A stretch of DNA of 64,000 nt from Eubacterium sp. (GCA_017430325.1 JAFRNE010000002.1:2386-66385), one strand, 5' to 3'. Positions 40,313-51,228 are shown, counted from the first letter of the stretch. The notes: a model not told the origin generated them from the letters alone. A program made the numbers and translations.

Positions 40313-40423
40313 ATTTTCACATCCTCATAGTTTTTATCGATCATACATGTTTTATCATGTCCGGATCATAATGATACATGTACAAAGAGCAGCCATTTTA
40401 CAGCCTGCTCCAATTATCAAAAA

Positions 40424-41701
40424 TCAGATATCAAGGTCCCAGAAACCATCAAGTGTTGCGAAATAATCATCGATAGTCTCGGCACGACGGATCAGTGTAA
40501 CGTCGCCATTCTCGCGGAGGAGAAGCTCTGCAGACCAGAGACGTCCGTTGTAGTTGTAGCCCATTGCGAAACCATGCGCGCCTGTATCATGGATAGCAAG
40601 ATAATCGCCCATATCGATCTTCGGAAGCTTTCTGTCGATTGCAAACTTATCGCAGTTCTCGCAGAGTGAACCGGTAACATCATAAACATGATCAAGTGGC
40701 TCATTCTCCTTACCAAGAACTGTTATATGATGATATGAACCATAAACAGCCGGTCTCATAAGGTTAGCTGCGCAGGCATCAACACCGATGTACTCCTTGT
40801 AGATATGCTTCTCGTGGATAGCCTTTGTTACAAGGTGTCCGTAAGGAGCAAGCATGAAACGTCCAAGCTCTGTATAGATCTCAACGTCGTCCATTCCTGC
40901 AGGAACAAGAACTTCTTCATAAGCCTTCTTAACGCCCTCACCGATCTTTAAGATGTCATTTGCAGGCTGTTCAGGCTTGTAATCGATTCCTACACCACCT
41001 GAAAGATTTATAAACTTAAGCTGTACACCTGTCTTCTCCTTGATCTCAACAGCAAGGCTGAAAAGGATCTTCGCAAGCGCAGGATAATAATCGTTTGAAA
41101 TAGTATTACTTGCAAGGAACGCATGCATACCAAACTCTTCAACACCCTCGGCCTTGAGTGTGCTGTATGCTTCCATGAGCTGTTCCTTGGTCATACCGTA
41201 TTTTGCATCGCCCGGATTGTCCATAACCTGGAAACCTTCCTTGCTCTCGCCGAGAGTGAAAACTCCGCCCGGATTGTATCTGCAGGACATTCTCTTAGGG
41301 ATGCTTCCGCAAGCCTTCTTCACGAAAGGAATATGTGTGATATCGTCAAGGTTGATGGTTGCACCGATCTCTGCCGCATAAGCGAATTCCTCGTCCGGTG
41401 TATCATTCGAAGAAAACATGATGTCGTTGCCAGAAAGTCCGATCCTGTGTGACATCACAAGCTCAGCCATTGAAGAGCAGTCTGTTCCGCAGCCCTCCTC
41501 GTGAAGTATCCGGAGGATGCTCGGATTCGGAGTTGCTTTCACTGCAAAATACTCCTTAAAGCCCTTATTCCACGCAAAAGCTTCCTTCAGCTTTCTTGCA
41601 TTTTCGCGTATTCCCTTCTCGTCATATATGTGGAACGGTGTAGGGTAGCTCTTAACTATCTCTTCAACCTGTTCCTTGGTTACAAATGCTTTCTTTTCCA
41701 T
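40424..41701 (-). CDS. lysA: Diaminopimelate decarboxylase
   Basis: YPTPFHIYDE, FAVKATPN (PLP Lys), GSLCENCD, GAHGFAMGYNYN. Start placed at 41701 from the GGAGG RBS. Confidence 0.9.
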   Translation of the reverse strand: MEKKAFVTKEQVEEIVKSYPTPFHIYDEKGIRENARKLKEAFAWNKGFKEYFAVKATPNPSILRILHEEGCGTDCSSMAELVMSHRIGLSGNDIMFSSNDTPDEEFAYAAEIGATINLDDITHIPFVKKACGSIPKRMSCRYNPGGVFTLGESKEGFQVMDNPGDAKYGMTKEQLMEAYSTLKAEGVEEFGMHAFLASNTISNDYYPALAKILFSLAVEIKEKTGVQLKFINLSGGVGIDYKPEQPANDILKIGEGVKKAYEEVLVPAGMDDVEIYTELGRFMLAPYGHLVTKAIHEKHIYKEYIGVDACAANLMRPAVYGSYHHITVLGKENEPLDHVYDVTGSLCENCDKFAIDRKLPKIDMGDYLAIHDTGAHGFAMGYNYNGRLWSAELLLRENGDVTLIRRAETIDDYFATLDGFWDLDI

Positions 41702-41927
41702 CTTCATGTCCTCCGGTGTTTCTTTTATATTTTTGATTCTTTTTATATCTGTTTTGTTTTTGCGGGTTTTTAACATGCTTTTATATTTTATTATTGCATT
41801 TCTCTTATGTCAAGGAATCTGTCAACCTATAAAAAGTTATAAAGAGTTATAAAAAAAGCTAGATGCTGCGTAGGATTCATCGGTTGTACAGCCAACCTGA
41901 ACTCCATGTATCGGATCACGCTTCACA

Positions 41928-42767
41928 TTATCGTTCGTACATAAACTCCACCTGACTATAGATGTATTTAAAATCAATCTCGCACTTTCCGTCCCAGATC
42001 CCGATCGGGATCGTGTCATCAAAGGTGTAATTAACCGGCTCTGTACTTTTCTCAAAATTATATACCGAAACCCGCTTCTCATCCGGAAATACAATCCAGT
42101 ATTCTCTGACTCCTGCCCATTTGTATTTTAAAAACTTGACCATAACGTCAGTGAAAGGATTGCTCGGAGATACAACTTCAACAACCAGATCCGGCGCTCC
42201 GACTATCCTCGCTCTGGTGATCTTACTCCTGTCGCAGACAACAAGAACATCCGGCTGAACCATTGTCTTGTCGTCACAGTCCAGCTGAACATCGGTCGGT
42301 GCGATAAACGGAACACATTTGCCGCCGTTTTTAGAAATATGCATTTTAAAAATAGCCCATAATTCCGCCCCGATACTCTGATGAATAGTCGTCGGCGCGG
42401 GCATATCATAAAAAACGCCGTCTATCATCTCCACGCGTGTTCCCTCCGGAAGCGCGATGTATTCCTCCATCGTTCTGTCGCCCACGCGCCCGAACACTCT
42501 TTTAATCTCTTTATTTTCCTGTCCGATCGTATGCACCGCGTTCGGCTCGTAACTAACGTTGTAGGCCGGTTCAGGTTCTCGCGCCTCACTCGAAGGTTCA
42601 ATCATAAGCGCCCTCTTGATCGCCTCGATAGTAACAAATCTCGGTGAAACCGTTTCCCCGCTCAGTATCTTCTGTATAGTCCCGACCGGCACTCCTGATA
42701 TCTCCGAGAGCCTCTTGTTGGTATAACCCAGCTCCTTCTTTCTCTTTTTCATCTCCTCTATCGTCAT
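41928..42767 (-). CDS. XRE-type HTH fused to a Uma2-family endonuclease domain
   Basis: N-terminal LSEISGVPVGTIQKILSG HTH; Uma2 motifs VEMIDG, VQPDVLV, PDLVVEVVSPS, GVREYWIV. Confidence 0.88.
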   Translation of the reverse strand: MTIEEMKKRKKELGYTNKRLSEISGVPVGTIQKILSGETVSPRFVTIEAIKRALMIEPSSEAREPEPAYNVSYEPNAVHTIGQENKEIKRVFGRVGDRTMEEYIALPEGTRVEMIDGVFYDMPAPTTIHQSIGAELWAIFKMHISKNGGKCVPFIAPTDVQLDCDDKTMVQPDVLVVCDRSKITRARIVGAPDLVVEVVSPSNPFTDVMVKFLKYKWAGVREYWIVFPDEKRVSVYNFEKSTEPVNYTFDDTIPIGIWDGKCEIDFKYIYSQVEFMYER

Positions 42768-43065
42768 ATACTTTTTCCTCCTTTCGCACTTGAAAATACC
42801 CGTTTACGGTGTTTTTTTTGATAAAAATCACATTGAATCACCGAAATTTATTATATTCTAACATCGGCGACACCGTTTTTCAACCGTTTTTTATCATTTT
42901 AAGCATCTTTTATTATCATCAACCGTTTATGCTGTCCGTTTGTGATGTACGGTGGTACTGTCCGATGTTTTTATGATATTTTGAGTGCTTCTTTTTTTTG
43001 AATCCGCCCGGCTGTTAAATATATTTGTTTACTCCCCCCGGAACACGATCCACAGCTGATCACGT

Positions 43066-43092
43066 AAAAAGGGCTGCGCCTTCGCGCAGCCC
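43066..43092 (-). terminator. Intrinsic terminator
   Basis: GGGCTGCGC-GAAG-GCGCAGCCC-TTTTT on the minus strand. Confidence 0.85.
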
Positions 43093-43185
43093 TACAGATC
43101 GTTGCCATTACAGCCGGATCAGATACAATTAATGCTCTATCATTCGAATGTTCCCTGATAATAAACATCGGATGCGCCCTCTTCA

Positions 43186-45756
43186 TCAGTCAAGCGGTCC
43201 GGATGTGTATGACAGATTGTCCTCAAAGATCTCAGTGATCTCTTCTGTCTCATAATTCTTCTCAACACATTTGAACGGTATCGTGAAGCTCAGTCCCTCG
43301 CCGTAATTCTCGTGCACATCGCCAGTCGCTGAAATGCTGATATAAAGGTGCTGAACGCATCCCGGTTGGACGTCGCCTCCGCCCAGAGTTCCCGACGACT
43401 TCTTTGCCTCCGTTCCATCGGACAAGGCGAAGGTAACATCTTCCTCATTGCCGATCCAGACAGGATTCTCGCGGTCATTGAAGATATACCCTTCAAAGGA
43501 TATCTGAGTTTCCGCATCATCATGGTACCCCACATCACCCTTTACGATATAGATCCTAACGCCGTCGCGATCGATCAGCGGTGTAAGACCGCTCACGTCA
43601 GGTCTGTCATCCTTATCTGCCGGAGCACTCTCACCATGAGGATAATAGGTTACCCACTTCATGATGTTCGGTCCGTCCGTCGAATATACGAGCATACAGT
43701 TTACATATGCAGGATCTGACAGAAGGTACATGAAGTCGCTTCCATAGGAGAAGGTCTGCTTTATATCAAGCGATTCATTTGCCTTCAGAGTCATATTGTT
43801 TACAGTCTCGTCATTCCAGAGGAAATCAATATACGAGCCGCCGGAAATATGATTCATCTGAATATAATATCCTCTCATCCAGTTGATATCCGAAGCAGTC
43901 TTATTTGTTATCGTAAGATCCCATACATATGGCTTCTCATAGTACTCATGACCGTTCCTTCCGGCAGTGATGATCGTGATATTCTTAACCTCGATCTTGA
44001 TGTTTTCGTCCTCGTAGAAGATAGGCTGCTCCGGCACATAAGACAGATCCTTCTGCTCATTCGGAGACTGAAGCCATCCCTCAAGCTCAGGGTCAATATT
44101 ATCTTCCGGTGTGTCCGGTGTGTCCGGTGTCTCCGGAATGTCTACCGCGACTGCTGTTCCATTTGAAAATACAACAGTAGGCAGAAACGCCTCGAAGGCT
44201 GCCTTTGAAGCATCGGAACGATCATACCACCGCGAACCGGATGAGCCTCCGTCCTTAAATAAATACACGTCATCTCCGTGCTGGGTATAGTATTTATAAA
44301 CTCCGAGCTCATCATCCGCCTTATTTGCATTGAAGCTGTAGTCACCTATCGTTACGGTCTCATACTCCGTAAAAAGACTATATACAACATCCTCTATCTT
44401 TTTATTCTTATACAAAGTAGTCACGATGCTGAAGTCCATCTTTGAGAAGCTTTCACCGTATACCTGGATCACAGTTTTCTCTTCAACCTCTCCGAAAGCG
44501 TCCTCTTCCAGTGAAATAGCATATCCGCAGAAAGGAAGTGAAGGATCCTGAGTGTATGAAAGATCCGGAAGTTCCGGTGTAAGCGTTGCTCCGAAAGCAG
44601 AATCCTCTATCTTTGTTGTAGCGATAGCGTCATCAAGTACTTTACGTTCTCCCTCTGACGGTGAATAGAAATATATGATATATAAATGACCGCCGTCATC
44701 ACACATCTCGTAAATATAACTGTTTTCCACATATTCATAGAACGTATGACCATCAACAGTCTTCGTTTCAAGCCCTGCTGTTTCAATTCCGATATCAGAT
44801 ATGCTCATCCCTATATAATTATAGTAGGTCAGTTCAGTACCGTCTCTGAGCTCATAATACAGTGTCTTATAGATGTCATTACCGTCCTTATCCTTGTACA
44901 GATCCATACCTACGGATTCTACACCCGAAGGAGGCGTGATATGCATGTTGAAGACATAAACATCTTCCAACAGATTTGGTTCCTGCAGCTCTGCAACATC
45001 CTCTGTTGTAGCCTCGGTGGTAGCTCCTGATGTGGCTTCTGTTCCCGTACCGGCCCCTGTTCCTGTTTCAGTTGTACCGTTATTCTCCGTGGAAGCAGCC
45101 GTAGTTTTTTCGTCGTCCTTTTTATCTTTATCCTTTTTGCCACCCAGAAGAAGTATCGCTGCAATAGTTCCCGCGATAACCACCACAGCGGCTATTATAG
45201 CTATTATCAGACCTTTTTTACTTCCTGATTTTCCACCATTACCGCTGGTTCCGCCCGGTTTCTTCTCAGCCTTATCCTTAGCCTTTTCCGGCTGATCTGA
45301 TGGTTGTTGATCATAGTCCTGCTGGTTGTATGACTGCTGGTCATATCCCTGCTGACTATATGCCTGCTGGTCGTATCCCTGCTGATAGTATCCCTGCTGA
45401 TAGTATCCCTGCTGTGCATATGTCTGTTGATCATACCCCTGCTGTGCATATGTCTGTTGATCATACCCCTGCTGTGCATATGTCTGTTGATCATATTCCT
45501 GTTGACTATATGCCTGCTGATCATACCCCTGCTGGTAATATGGCCGCTGATCATAGGTCTGCTGCGCATACGCCTGTTGATCGTAACCCTGTTGATCATA
45601 TGTCTGCTGTGCATACACCTGCTGATCGTAACCCCGTTGATCATATGTCTGCTGTGCATACACCTGCGGGTCATAGTTCTGCTGACCGTCCCCCTGCGGG
45701 TCATAACTCTGCGGATCATATCCCTGACCGTTGTATCCCTGCTCGTTATTATCCAT
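43186..45756 (-). CDS. Single-pass membrane protein with a cytoplasmic Tyr/Gln pentapeptide repeat and large extracellular domains
   Basis: Start MDNNEQ at 45756 after GGAGG (ORF track 45873); about 28 x-Y-x-Q-Q units, a TM, a Thr-rich linker, then globular domains. Confidence 0.8.
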   Translation of the reverse strand: MDNNEQGYNGQGYDPQSYDPQGDGQQNYDPQVYAQQTYDQRGYDQQVYAQQTYDQQGYDQQAYAQQTYDQRPYYQQGYDQQAYSQQEYDQQTYAQQGYDQQTYAQQGYDQQTYAQQGYYQQGYYQQGYDQQAYSQQGYDQQSYNQQDYDQQPSDQPEKAKDKAEKKPGGTSGNGGKSGSKKGLIIAIIAAVVVIAGTIAAILLLGGKKDKDKKDDEKTTAASTENNGTTETGTGAGTGTEATSGATTEATTEDVAELQEPNLLEDVYVFNMHITPPSGVESVGMDLYKDKDGNDIYKTLYYELRDGTELTYYNYIGMSISDIGIETAGLETKTVDGHTFYEYVENSYIYEMCDDGGHLYIIYFYSPSEGERKVLDDAIATTKIEDSAFGATLTPELPDLSYTQDPSLPFCGYAISLEEDAFGEVEEKTVIQVYGESFSKMDFSIVTTLYKNKKIEDVVYSLFTEYETVTIGDYSFNANKADDELGVYKYYTQHGDDVYLFKDGGSSGSRWYDRSDASKAAFEAFLPTVVFSNGTAVAVDIPETPDTPDTPEDNIDPELEGWLQSPNEQKDLSYVPEQPIFYEDENIKIEVKNITIITAGRNGHEYYEKPYVWDLTITNKTASDINWMRGYYIQMNHISGGSYIDFLWNDETVNNMTLKANESLDIKQTFSYGSDFMYLLSDPAYVNCMLVYSTDGPNIMKWVTYYPHGESAPADKDDRPDVSGLTPLIDRDGVRIYIVKGDVGYHDDAETQISFEGYIFNDRENPVWIGNEEDVTFALSDGTEAKKSSGTLGGGDVQPGCVQHLYISISATGDVHENYGEGLSFTIPFKCVEKNYETEEITEIFEDNLSYTSGPLD
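45305..45745 (-). repeat. Coding 15/30-bp tandem repeats (xYxQQ)
   Basis: On the plus strand the unit cctgctgtgcatatgtctgttgatcatacc occurs about 3 times at ~45408-45495, among degenerate 15-mers. Confidence 0.85.
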
Positions 45757-45852
45757 ACATTTCCCTCCTCTTCCCGGACCACGTCCGTAATTTTTGTGTT
45801 CATGCTTAGTATTATACCATATCTTCGGGATAAATACAGAAATAAGAAATAA

Positions 45853-45883
45853 ATAGAGGGTTGCGCAACTCACAACCCTCTAT
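45853..45883 (-). terminator. Intrinsic terminator
   Basis: ATAGAGGGTTG-N9-CAACCCTCTAT, followed by a T-rich run on the minus strand. Confidence 0.7.
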
Positions 45884-45915
45884 CTGTCTTCATATATTTC
45901 TTCTACATACTTCGT

Positions 45916-47619
45916 TTATTCTGACTTATCAGATCTGACCTTCTTTTTTCTTCTCATAACGAGGCATACCGCCAGTCCTGCCGCACTGATTCCCATCAGC
46001 ATCAGAACAGTACTCATCATGAAGTTGTCGCCGGTCTTGGCACTGCTGTCTGTATTTGTTGCTGCAGGTTCAGCACTTTCTGTGTCATCCGTACCATCCT
46101 CTACCACAGCGTCCTTAGCCTTTTCTTCCGTTACAGCTTCATCGGTTACTTCATCTGTCGAATCGTCTGTTGCTTCATCCGAGGTTTTATCTGAAGCGTC
46201 ATCTGCTGTTTCTTTGTCAGCGTCTGTATCGTCCGCATCATCGGTATCTTCATCGGCATCCTTCTCGGAATCGTCAACTACTTCTTCGTCCTTGTTCGAA
46301 TCCTCATCAGCGTCCTTCTCATCATCCTCTGCATCGGTTTCGTCATCCTCTTCCTCTTCTTCCGCTGCAAGGATCTTTGTCGTCTTCTGACCGTATCCGT
46401 CTGTAAAGTTCACTGTATAATCAACACTTCCGATCTCAAGCCCGTCCATATATTCCGCCGGGAATGTGATGACTGTCGAGCCTGTTGTTGCCGTGTATTT
46501 TGAAGCATCTATAACTGTTTCACCGATGCAGACATTTAACAGCTTATCCTTGTCCGCTTCCAGAACATGAAGCACATAGGTTTCATCCGAGCCCTGCGTG
46601 TATTCATCCTTCGCCTCGATCTCATAGATATGCGGAGCAAACTTTGCATAGAATACCTTATCGCCTGTCGAGCCCTTAGCTATCTCTGTTACTGCTGTTC
46701 CCGTAAAGTCCGCATTATCGTACCATCCGAGGAACTCCTCTCCGAGCTTTGAGATAACATCCTTTCCCGGAAGAGCTATACTATCAGCATCTGTGTAGCT
46801 TTCCGGAGCTGAGTAATCATCATCAAAACTACCACCATTTGTCTTAAATGTGATGCTGTACTTTGTCGATATCTTCGCGTAGAGATCTATGTCCGTAGAG
46901 GAACCGGCTGCAACCGATGTCACCGCATCGCCGGTAAGCTCAGCATTGCCATACCATCCTTCAAGGATCTCATTTTCGGCGAACTCTATTTCCTCCGCAG
47001 TAAGGCCTTCCTTGTCAAGAAGCTCCGCGCCTTCTTCGTCAACATAATACTTAACGACAGTTTTTTCACCGACATGGTATGTGATCTTATGTGTTGAAAC
47101 AGCCTCAAGCTTCACTCTGTACTCTATACGTTCAGCACTTTCCTTTTTCGTCTCAATATTCGTTATCTTCCATGCTCGAACAGTACCTTCTTTTCCATAA
47201 TTCTCGTTGTACGCTTCACTGCCCGGAAATGCGCCTGACCATCTACCATTGTCAAATACATTGACCCAGTACATTATCGGAACAACAGGTGTCTCCTCAG
47301 GAAACTGTAACTGACTTCGAAAATCTGGATCTTTAACATTCAACTCCAAATACGCAATATAAAACCAACTCGTACCCTCGCTCGGTCCGCCGGCCTGCTT
47401 ATTAATCTTGAAAGTGTCACCTGCCCAGACGATCGTTCCTTCCAGATCTTCATCGTATGAGATATAATAACTGCTGTAATCATCGTTCTCATAATCCGGA
47501 TTCAATTCATACTCTTTAGCGAAGGCCGGCACATTGTAGCAAAGCACCATCATTAAGGCGAGACACAGTGCCATAAAGCTGCGCCTTCTTCCCCTCCTTC
47601 TTTGACTTCCTTTAATCAT
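45916..47619 (-). CDS. Sortase-anchored-type surface protein with InlB B-like repeats and an acidic stalk
   Basis: Signal peptide; two GWY..A..TG.AVT.(V/I)A.GS repeats; D/E-rich linker; AKTGD plus TM plus RRKKK. Confidence 0.8.
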   Translation of the reverse strand: MIKGSQRRRGRRRSFMALCLALMMVLCYNVPAFAKEYELNPDYENDDYSSYYISYDEDLEGTIVWAGDTFKINKQAGGPSEGTSWFYIAYLELNVKDPDFRSQLQFPEETPVVPIMYWVNVFDNGRWSGAFPGSEAYNENYGKEGTVRAWKITNIETKKESAERIEYRVKLEAVSTHKITYHVGEKTVVKYYVDEEGAELLDKEGLTAEEIEFAENEILEGWYGNAELTGDAVTSVAAGSSTDIDLYAKISTKYSITFKTNGGSFDDDYSAPESYTDADSIALPGKDVISKLGEEFLGWYDNADFTGTAVTEIAKGSTGDKVFYAKFAPHIYEIEAKDEYTQGSDETYVLHVLEADKDKLLNVCIGETVIDASKYTATTGSTVITFPAEYMDGLEIGSVDYTVNFTDGYGQKTTKILAAEEEEEDDETDAEDDEKDADEDSNKDEEVVDDSEKDADEDTDDADDTDADKETADDASDKTSDEATDDSTDEVTDEAVTEEKAKDAVVEDGTDDTESAEPAATNTDSSAKTGDNFMMSTVLMLMGISAAGLAVCLVMRRKKKVRSDKSE

Positions 47620-47748
47620 ATAGATTCCTCCTCTTCTTGTACTTTTCTTAAGTATATCGGTTTACGATGCTTTTTTCTAAGCAGCCGAAATACCTGACAT
47701 TTATATTCCCCACTGCAGGAAATATGATAGCACACGCAAACTTCAAAA

Positions 47749-48444
47749 TCAACGAATAATATACTTGAGATGCCTCATTCCGTCCCTGAGTGTCCTAAGC
47801 TTGGAATGTCTCTTAACCTCACACCTTCTGAGCTTCACTGGAAGCTGCCCTATCCGGAGTTTTCTCTTCACGCCTTCCGCTATCAGCTCCGTCGCAAACT
47901 CCATCCCGGTGGTCCTGAGCGTCATAGCCTCCAGAGCCTCCCTCGTAAAGCCGCGGAGTCCGCAATGAAAGTCCCTCACTCTTGTATGAAACCTCAGCCT
48001 TGCAGCGAGTGAAAGCATTCTTGCGCCTATCTTATGCGACAGAGGCATAGCCCCTCTCTCTATTCCTCCGGCGAAGCGGTCGCCTATTATCATATCGAAC
48101 CTGCCCCTGTCCAGAAGCTTATACATCCCGGCCACATATCTTAAGTCGTAGGTCGTGTCGCAATCCGCCATGATAACAACTCTGCCCCGGCTCTCCATAA
48201 AGCCCGTTCTGAGCGCCCTGCCGTAGCCTCTTCTTCCTTCGGATATGACCCTCGCGCCGTGAGCCTCCGCGCTACGAAAGGACCCGTCCTCCGAGCCGTT
48301 ATCCACAACTATCACCTCGCCCGAAAGTCCGCACCGTCTGATCATTCCGTACGCCTCATCTACGCAGCTGCCGACAGTCCCCTCCTCATTGAGGCAGGGC
48401 ATAACGATCGAGATATCAAGTTCTTCTCTTCTTCTTATTTTCAT
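47749..48444 (-). CDS. GT2 glycosyltransferase (DPM1/GtrB-like, polyprenol-phosphate glycosyltransferase)
   Basis: IVMPCLNEE, VVDNGSED, GYGRAL, MADCDTTY, DFHCGLRG; no C-terminal TMs. Confidence 0.9.
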   Translation of the reverse strand: MKIRRREELDISIVMPCLNEEGTVGSCVDEAYGMIRRCGLSGEVIVVDNGSEDGSFRSAEAHGARVISEGRRGYGRALRTGFMESRGRVVIMADCDTTYDLRYVAGMYKLLDRGRFDMIIGDRFAGGIERGAMPLSHKIGARMLSLAARLRFHTRVRDFHCGLRGFTREALEAMTLRTTGMEFATELIAEGVKRKLRIGQLPVKLRRCEVKRHSKLRTLRDGMRHLKYIIR

Positions 48445-49714
48445 GCCTGAAAAGTCTCCAATCTATCATCTCTCCCACGATGAGAGCCGTCGCCAGGATC
48501 GTCGCGATAAGCGTCCTGAAGGTGAAAAATGCGTGCAGGAACGAATGATTATGCAGCACCAGATATCTCACAAACGGCACACAGGCCACCGCCGTATACA
48601 TCAGGACCGGCTTCAGCCTGACCTTCTTTTTCTTATACACATAGCATAGATATATGATCGCAAAGCCGCCCGCCAGAGTTGCAAATATCCCAAAGCCTCC
48701 GAAGCCCCACGGAAGGAGCATACGTATATTTCTGCTTATCGAGCCCTTCAGGTATTCCCACGTTCCGATACCTATATTTCCGTTTATCCTCTCCTCGAGA
48801 TTCTCCTTAACATACGGAATGACATTCTCGCCGAGCACTATAGCGGCAAGTATCCATTTGGTGAGCCACATACCGACATAGCCCGCGCTCCAGCCCACCG
48901 CAGGCGCCGCGATCCTCTTCCATCCGAAGTCTTCGTTTCTCGGTTCTCTCCATCTGAACCATATAACGATAAGAAGCGGAACCAGCAATGTCAGCAGTTC
49001 CGTAGTCAGAAAGTCCATAAAGCAGGTGATCATCCCGCAGATCATGAACGGTATCACAAGTGCCGTCTTCCTTCCCCTTCTTTCACGCAGCACCATCACT
49101 ATCGACATGATGAGCGTTATATAGAAGGTCCAGGTATATTCCAGCGAATAAGGCACATACCACACCGATGCCGCTGCAAAACCTGCCGCGAGTCCGATCG
49201 CAGGCGCAATTGCCCCTTCTCTTATAAGCAGGGCGAACAGAAACGCCGCAAGAACGGTAAGCATCACCGCGTTTAATATATATATCCCCTTCAGGCTGAA
49301 GATAAGATGAAGCGGTCTGACTATTACATTTGAGCCATGCCAATATCTTAAATACTGCCGGTTCGCTTCCTTCCCCTCTTTCACCGCCTCAAGAAGATTG
49401 AAATTTTCATCCGTAAATTCTTTATTGTAGTAGGCCGACCACATGACCGACTCGAGCGGTTTTTCAATGTCATAGCTGTACGCGATACCGAGGAGTATCG
49501 AGTCCGCGTATCTGTCGATCTTTCCCGCTTCAAGCCCTCCCGGCATTCTCATAAATACATCATTCCTGCAGAGAAGCTCCGCGGAGCGGCGCATATTTTC
49601 CCTTATACTGCTCCGTGGGATTAGCGCGACCGCCACCAGAAGTCCGACGAGGACCGCTGCCGTGATGATGTAGGCGGATATGTATTTGAATGCATCCTTC
49701 ATGACCTTTCTCAT
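48416..49714 (-). CDS. Polytopic membrane protein (possible GT-C-fold transferase)
   Basis: First TM, large loop with DRYAD and YLRYWHG, then ~8 TMs; stop overlaps the GT2 start. Confidence 0.6.
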   Translation of the reverse strand: MRKVMKDAFKYISAYIITAAVLVGLLVAVALIPRSSIRENMRRSAELLCRNDVFMRMPGGLEAGKIDRYADSILLGIAYSYDIEKPLESVMWSAYYNKEFTDENFNLLEAVKEGKEANRQYLRYWHGSNVIVRPLHLIFSLKGIYILNAVMLTVLAAFLFALLIREGAIAPAIGLAAGFAAASVWYVPYSLEYTWTFYITLIMSIVMVLRERRGRKTALVIPFMICGMITCFMDFLTTELLTLLVPLLIVIWFRWREPRNEDFGWKRIAAPAVGWSAGYVGMWLTKWILAAIVLGENVIPYVKENLEERINGNIGIGTWEYLKGSISRNIRMLLPWGFGGFGIFATLAGGFAIIYLCYVYKKKKVRLKPVLMYTAVACVPFVRYLVLHNHSFLHAFFTFRTLIATILATALIVGEMIDWRLFRHENKKKRRT

Positions 49715-49869
49715 GTGCGTTTTCTCTCCTGTATTTGTCCAATGTCAATTATCTTCCTTCTTGCACCCTGCGTCAATTAAAATATGATTTTACGCTAGCG
49801 TTTGACGTTCGTGTCCCCAAAATGGTATATTTTAAGCAGGTGTTTACTATACAAACAGGAGGTGCAGAA

Positions 49870-51228
49870 ATGTTCAGAAAATATAGGTCAGTTCTTTCCG
49901 TAATAGCCGTTCTTACGGTAAGCATGCTATGCAGCTGTGGAAAGAAAGAAAACGGTACAGATCAGAATAACACAAGAAATACAGTACACATCACGACGCA
50001 GACTGAAGTGGCAGCTTCGACAACAACCGAGTCAGATATTACCACATCCGATACAGTTTCCTCAGATACGGGAACAACAACAGAACAGACGACAACAGAA
50101 GAAATAACAAGTGAAAATACAGAAGAAGCTAAGCCGCCATTTTCGGATTCAATAGATGTATTTACGGAGGATGGATCCGCGTCAGCACAGTTTTTCGCTC
50201 TTGATACCTTGATCTCGATCAAGGTTTACGGTGAAAACTCCGAAACCGTAGTAAAGGATATAGCCGACCTGATAGACCATATGGACGGTATCCTGTCAAC
50301 AGAACGTACAGACTCGGAACTGTATAGGCTGAATACGACCGGGAAAGCCGCCTGTTCCGATGACCTGCTGAATACGATCACCAAGGCAAAGCAGATCTCA
50401 ACAGATACAAACGGCACCTTCGATGTGACAGTTTATCCGCTTGTGAAGCTGTGGGGCTTTACAGATCTGAGTGAGGATGCAGAGCACAGTATGCCTTCCG
50501 AGGAGGATATCAAAAGCGCTCTTGCTCTGTTAGGCTCCGAAGATATAAACATCAAAGAGCTTCCCGCAGGTGAGTGGCCGAATGCATATTCGGACGGCTA
50601 TGTAAGTGCGGGAGATACATCAACACAATTATTTGGAATAGAATACGCCAAAGATGGGATGGCTGTGGATCTGTCTGCTATCGGCAAGGGCTATATCGGT
50701 GACAAAATCTCGGAACTCCTTCTAAGCAGGAAGGACGAGGGACTTACCGGTGCCGTGATCTCGCTTGGCGGATCCGTATGCCTTGTAGGCTCGAAGCCGG
50801 ACGGCAGTAAGTGGGGAGTAGGCATTCGGGATCCGAGGGGATCGGCAGACCAAACCATCGCAGTACTCTCCTTTGAAGCTCAGTACGGCGATGATCTTTC
50901 ACCGATTTCTATTTCGACTGCCGGAACGTATGAAAGGTACGTGGAGATTGATAACTATTTCTATCATCATATCCTGGATCCGAAAACCGGTTATCCGACA
51001 GAAACCGACCTTTTATCCGCAACCGTGCTTACCGAGGACGGTGCTCTTGCAGATGCTCTATCAACCGCACTCGTCGTAATGGGGTGTGACAAAGCAATAG
51101 AATTCTGGAGAAACGGTCCTTATGACTTTGAGATGGTACTGACTGGCGACGATTATTCGTTATACGTAACAGAAGGACTTAAGGATATTTATTCAAGCAG
51201 CGAACAAACGGAGTTTATCAGTCGATAA
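49870..51228 (+). CDS. apbE: FAD:protein FMN transferase ApbE (lipoprotein)
   Basis: Lipobox LCSC; FFALDT, FDVTV, DLSAIGKGY, ISLGGS, STAGTYERY, HHILDPKTGYP, ADALST. Start at 49870 after AGGAGG. Confidence 0.92.
   Translation: MFRKYRSVLSVIAVLTVSMLCSCGKKENGTDQNNTRNTVHITTQTEVAASTTTESDITTSDTVSSDTGTTTEQTTTEEITSENTEEAKPPFSDSIDVFTEDGSASAQFFALDTLISIKVYGENSETVVKDIADLIDHMDGILSTERTDSELYRLNTTGKAACSDDLLNTITKAKQISTDTNGTFDVTVYPLVKLWGFTDLSEDAEHSMPSEEDIKSALALLGSEDINIKELPAGEWPNAYSDGYVSAGDTSTQLFGIEYAKDGMAVDLSAIGKGYIGDKISELLLSRKDEGLTGAVISLGGSVCLVGSKPDGSKWGVGIRDPRGSADQTIAVLSFEAQYGDDLSPISISTAGTYERYVEIDNYFYHHILDPKTGYPTETDLLSATVLTEDGALADALSTALVVMGCDKAIEFWRNGPYDFEMVLTGDDYSLYVTEGLKDIYSSSEQTEFISR

Noticed and set aside
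41780-41930. Possible lysine riboswitch or 6S RNA upstream of lysA
   Set aside because: Only short hairpins; I could not match L-box or SsrS consensus elements. An Rfam cmscan would settle it.
42971-43186. 71-aa ORF downstream of the Tyr/Gln-repeat gene
   Set aside because: Runs through a strong intrinsic terminator (43066-43092); no family features.
45020-45040. EATSGAT as an ApbE flavinylation site
   Set aside because: Lies in a low-complexity Thr/Ala/Glu linker with no FMN-binding domain context; probably chance.
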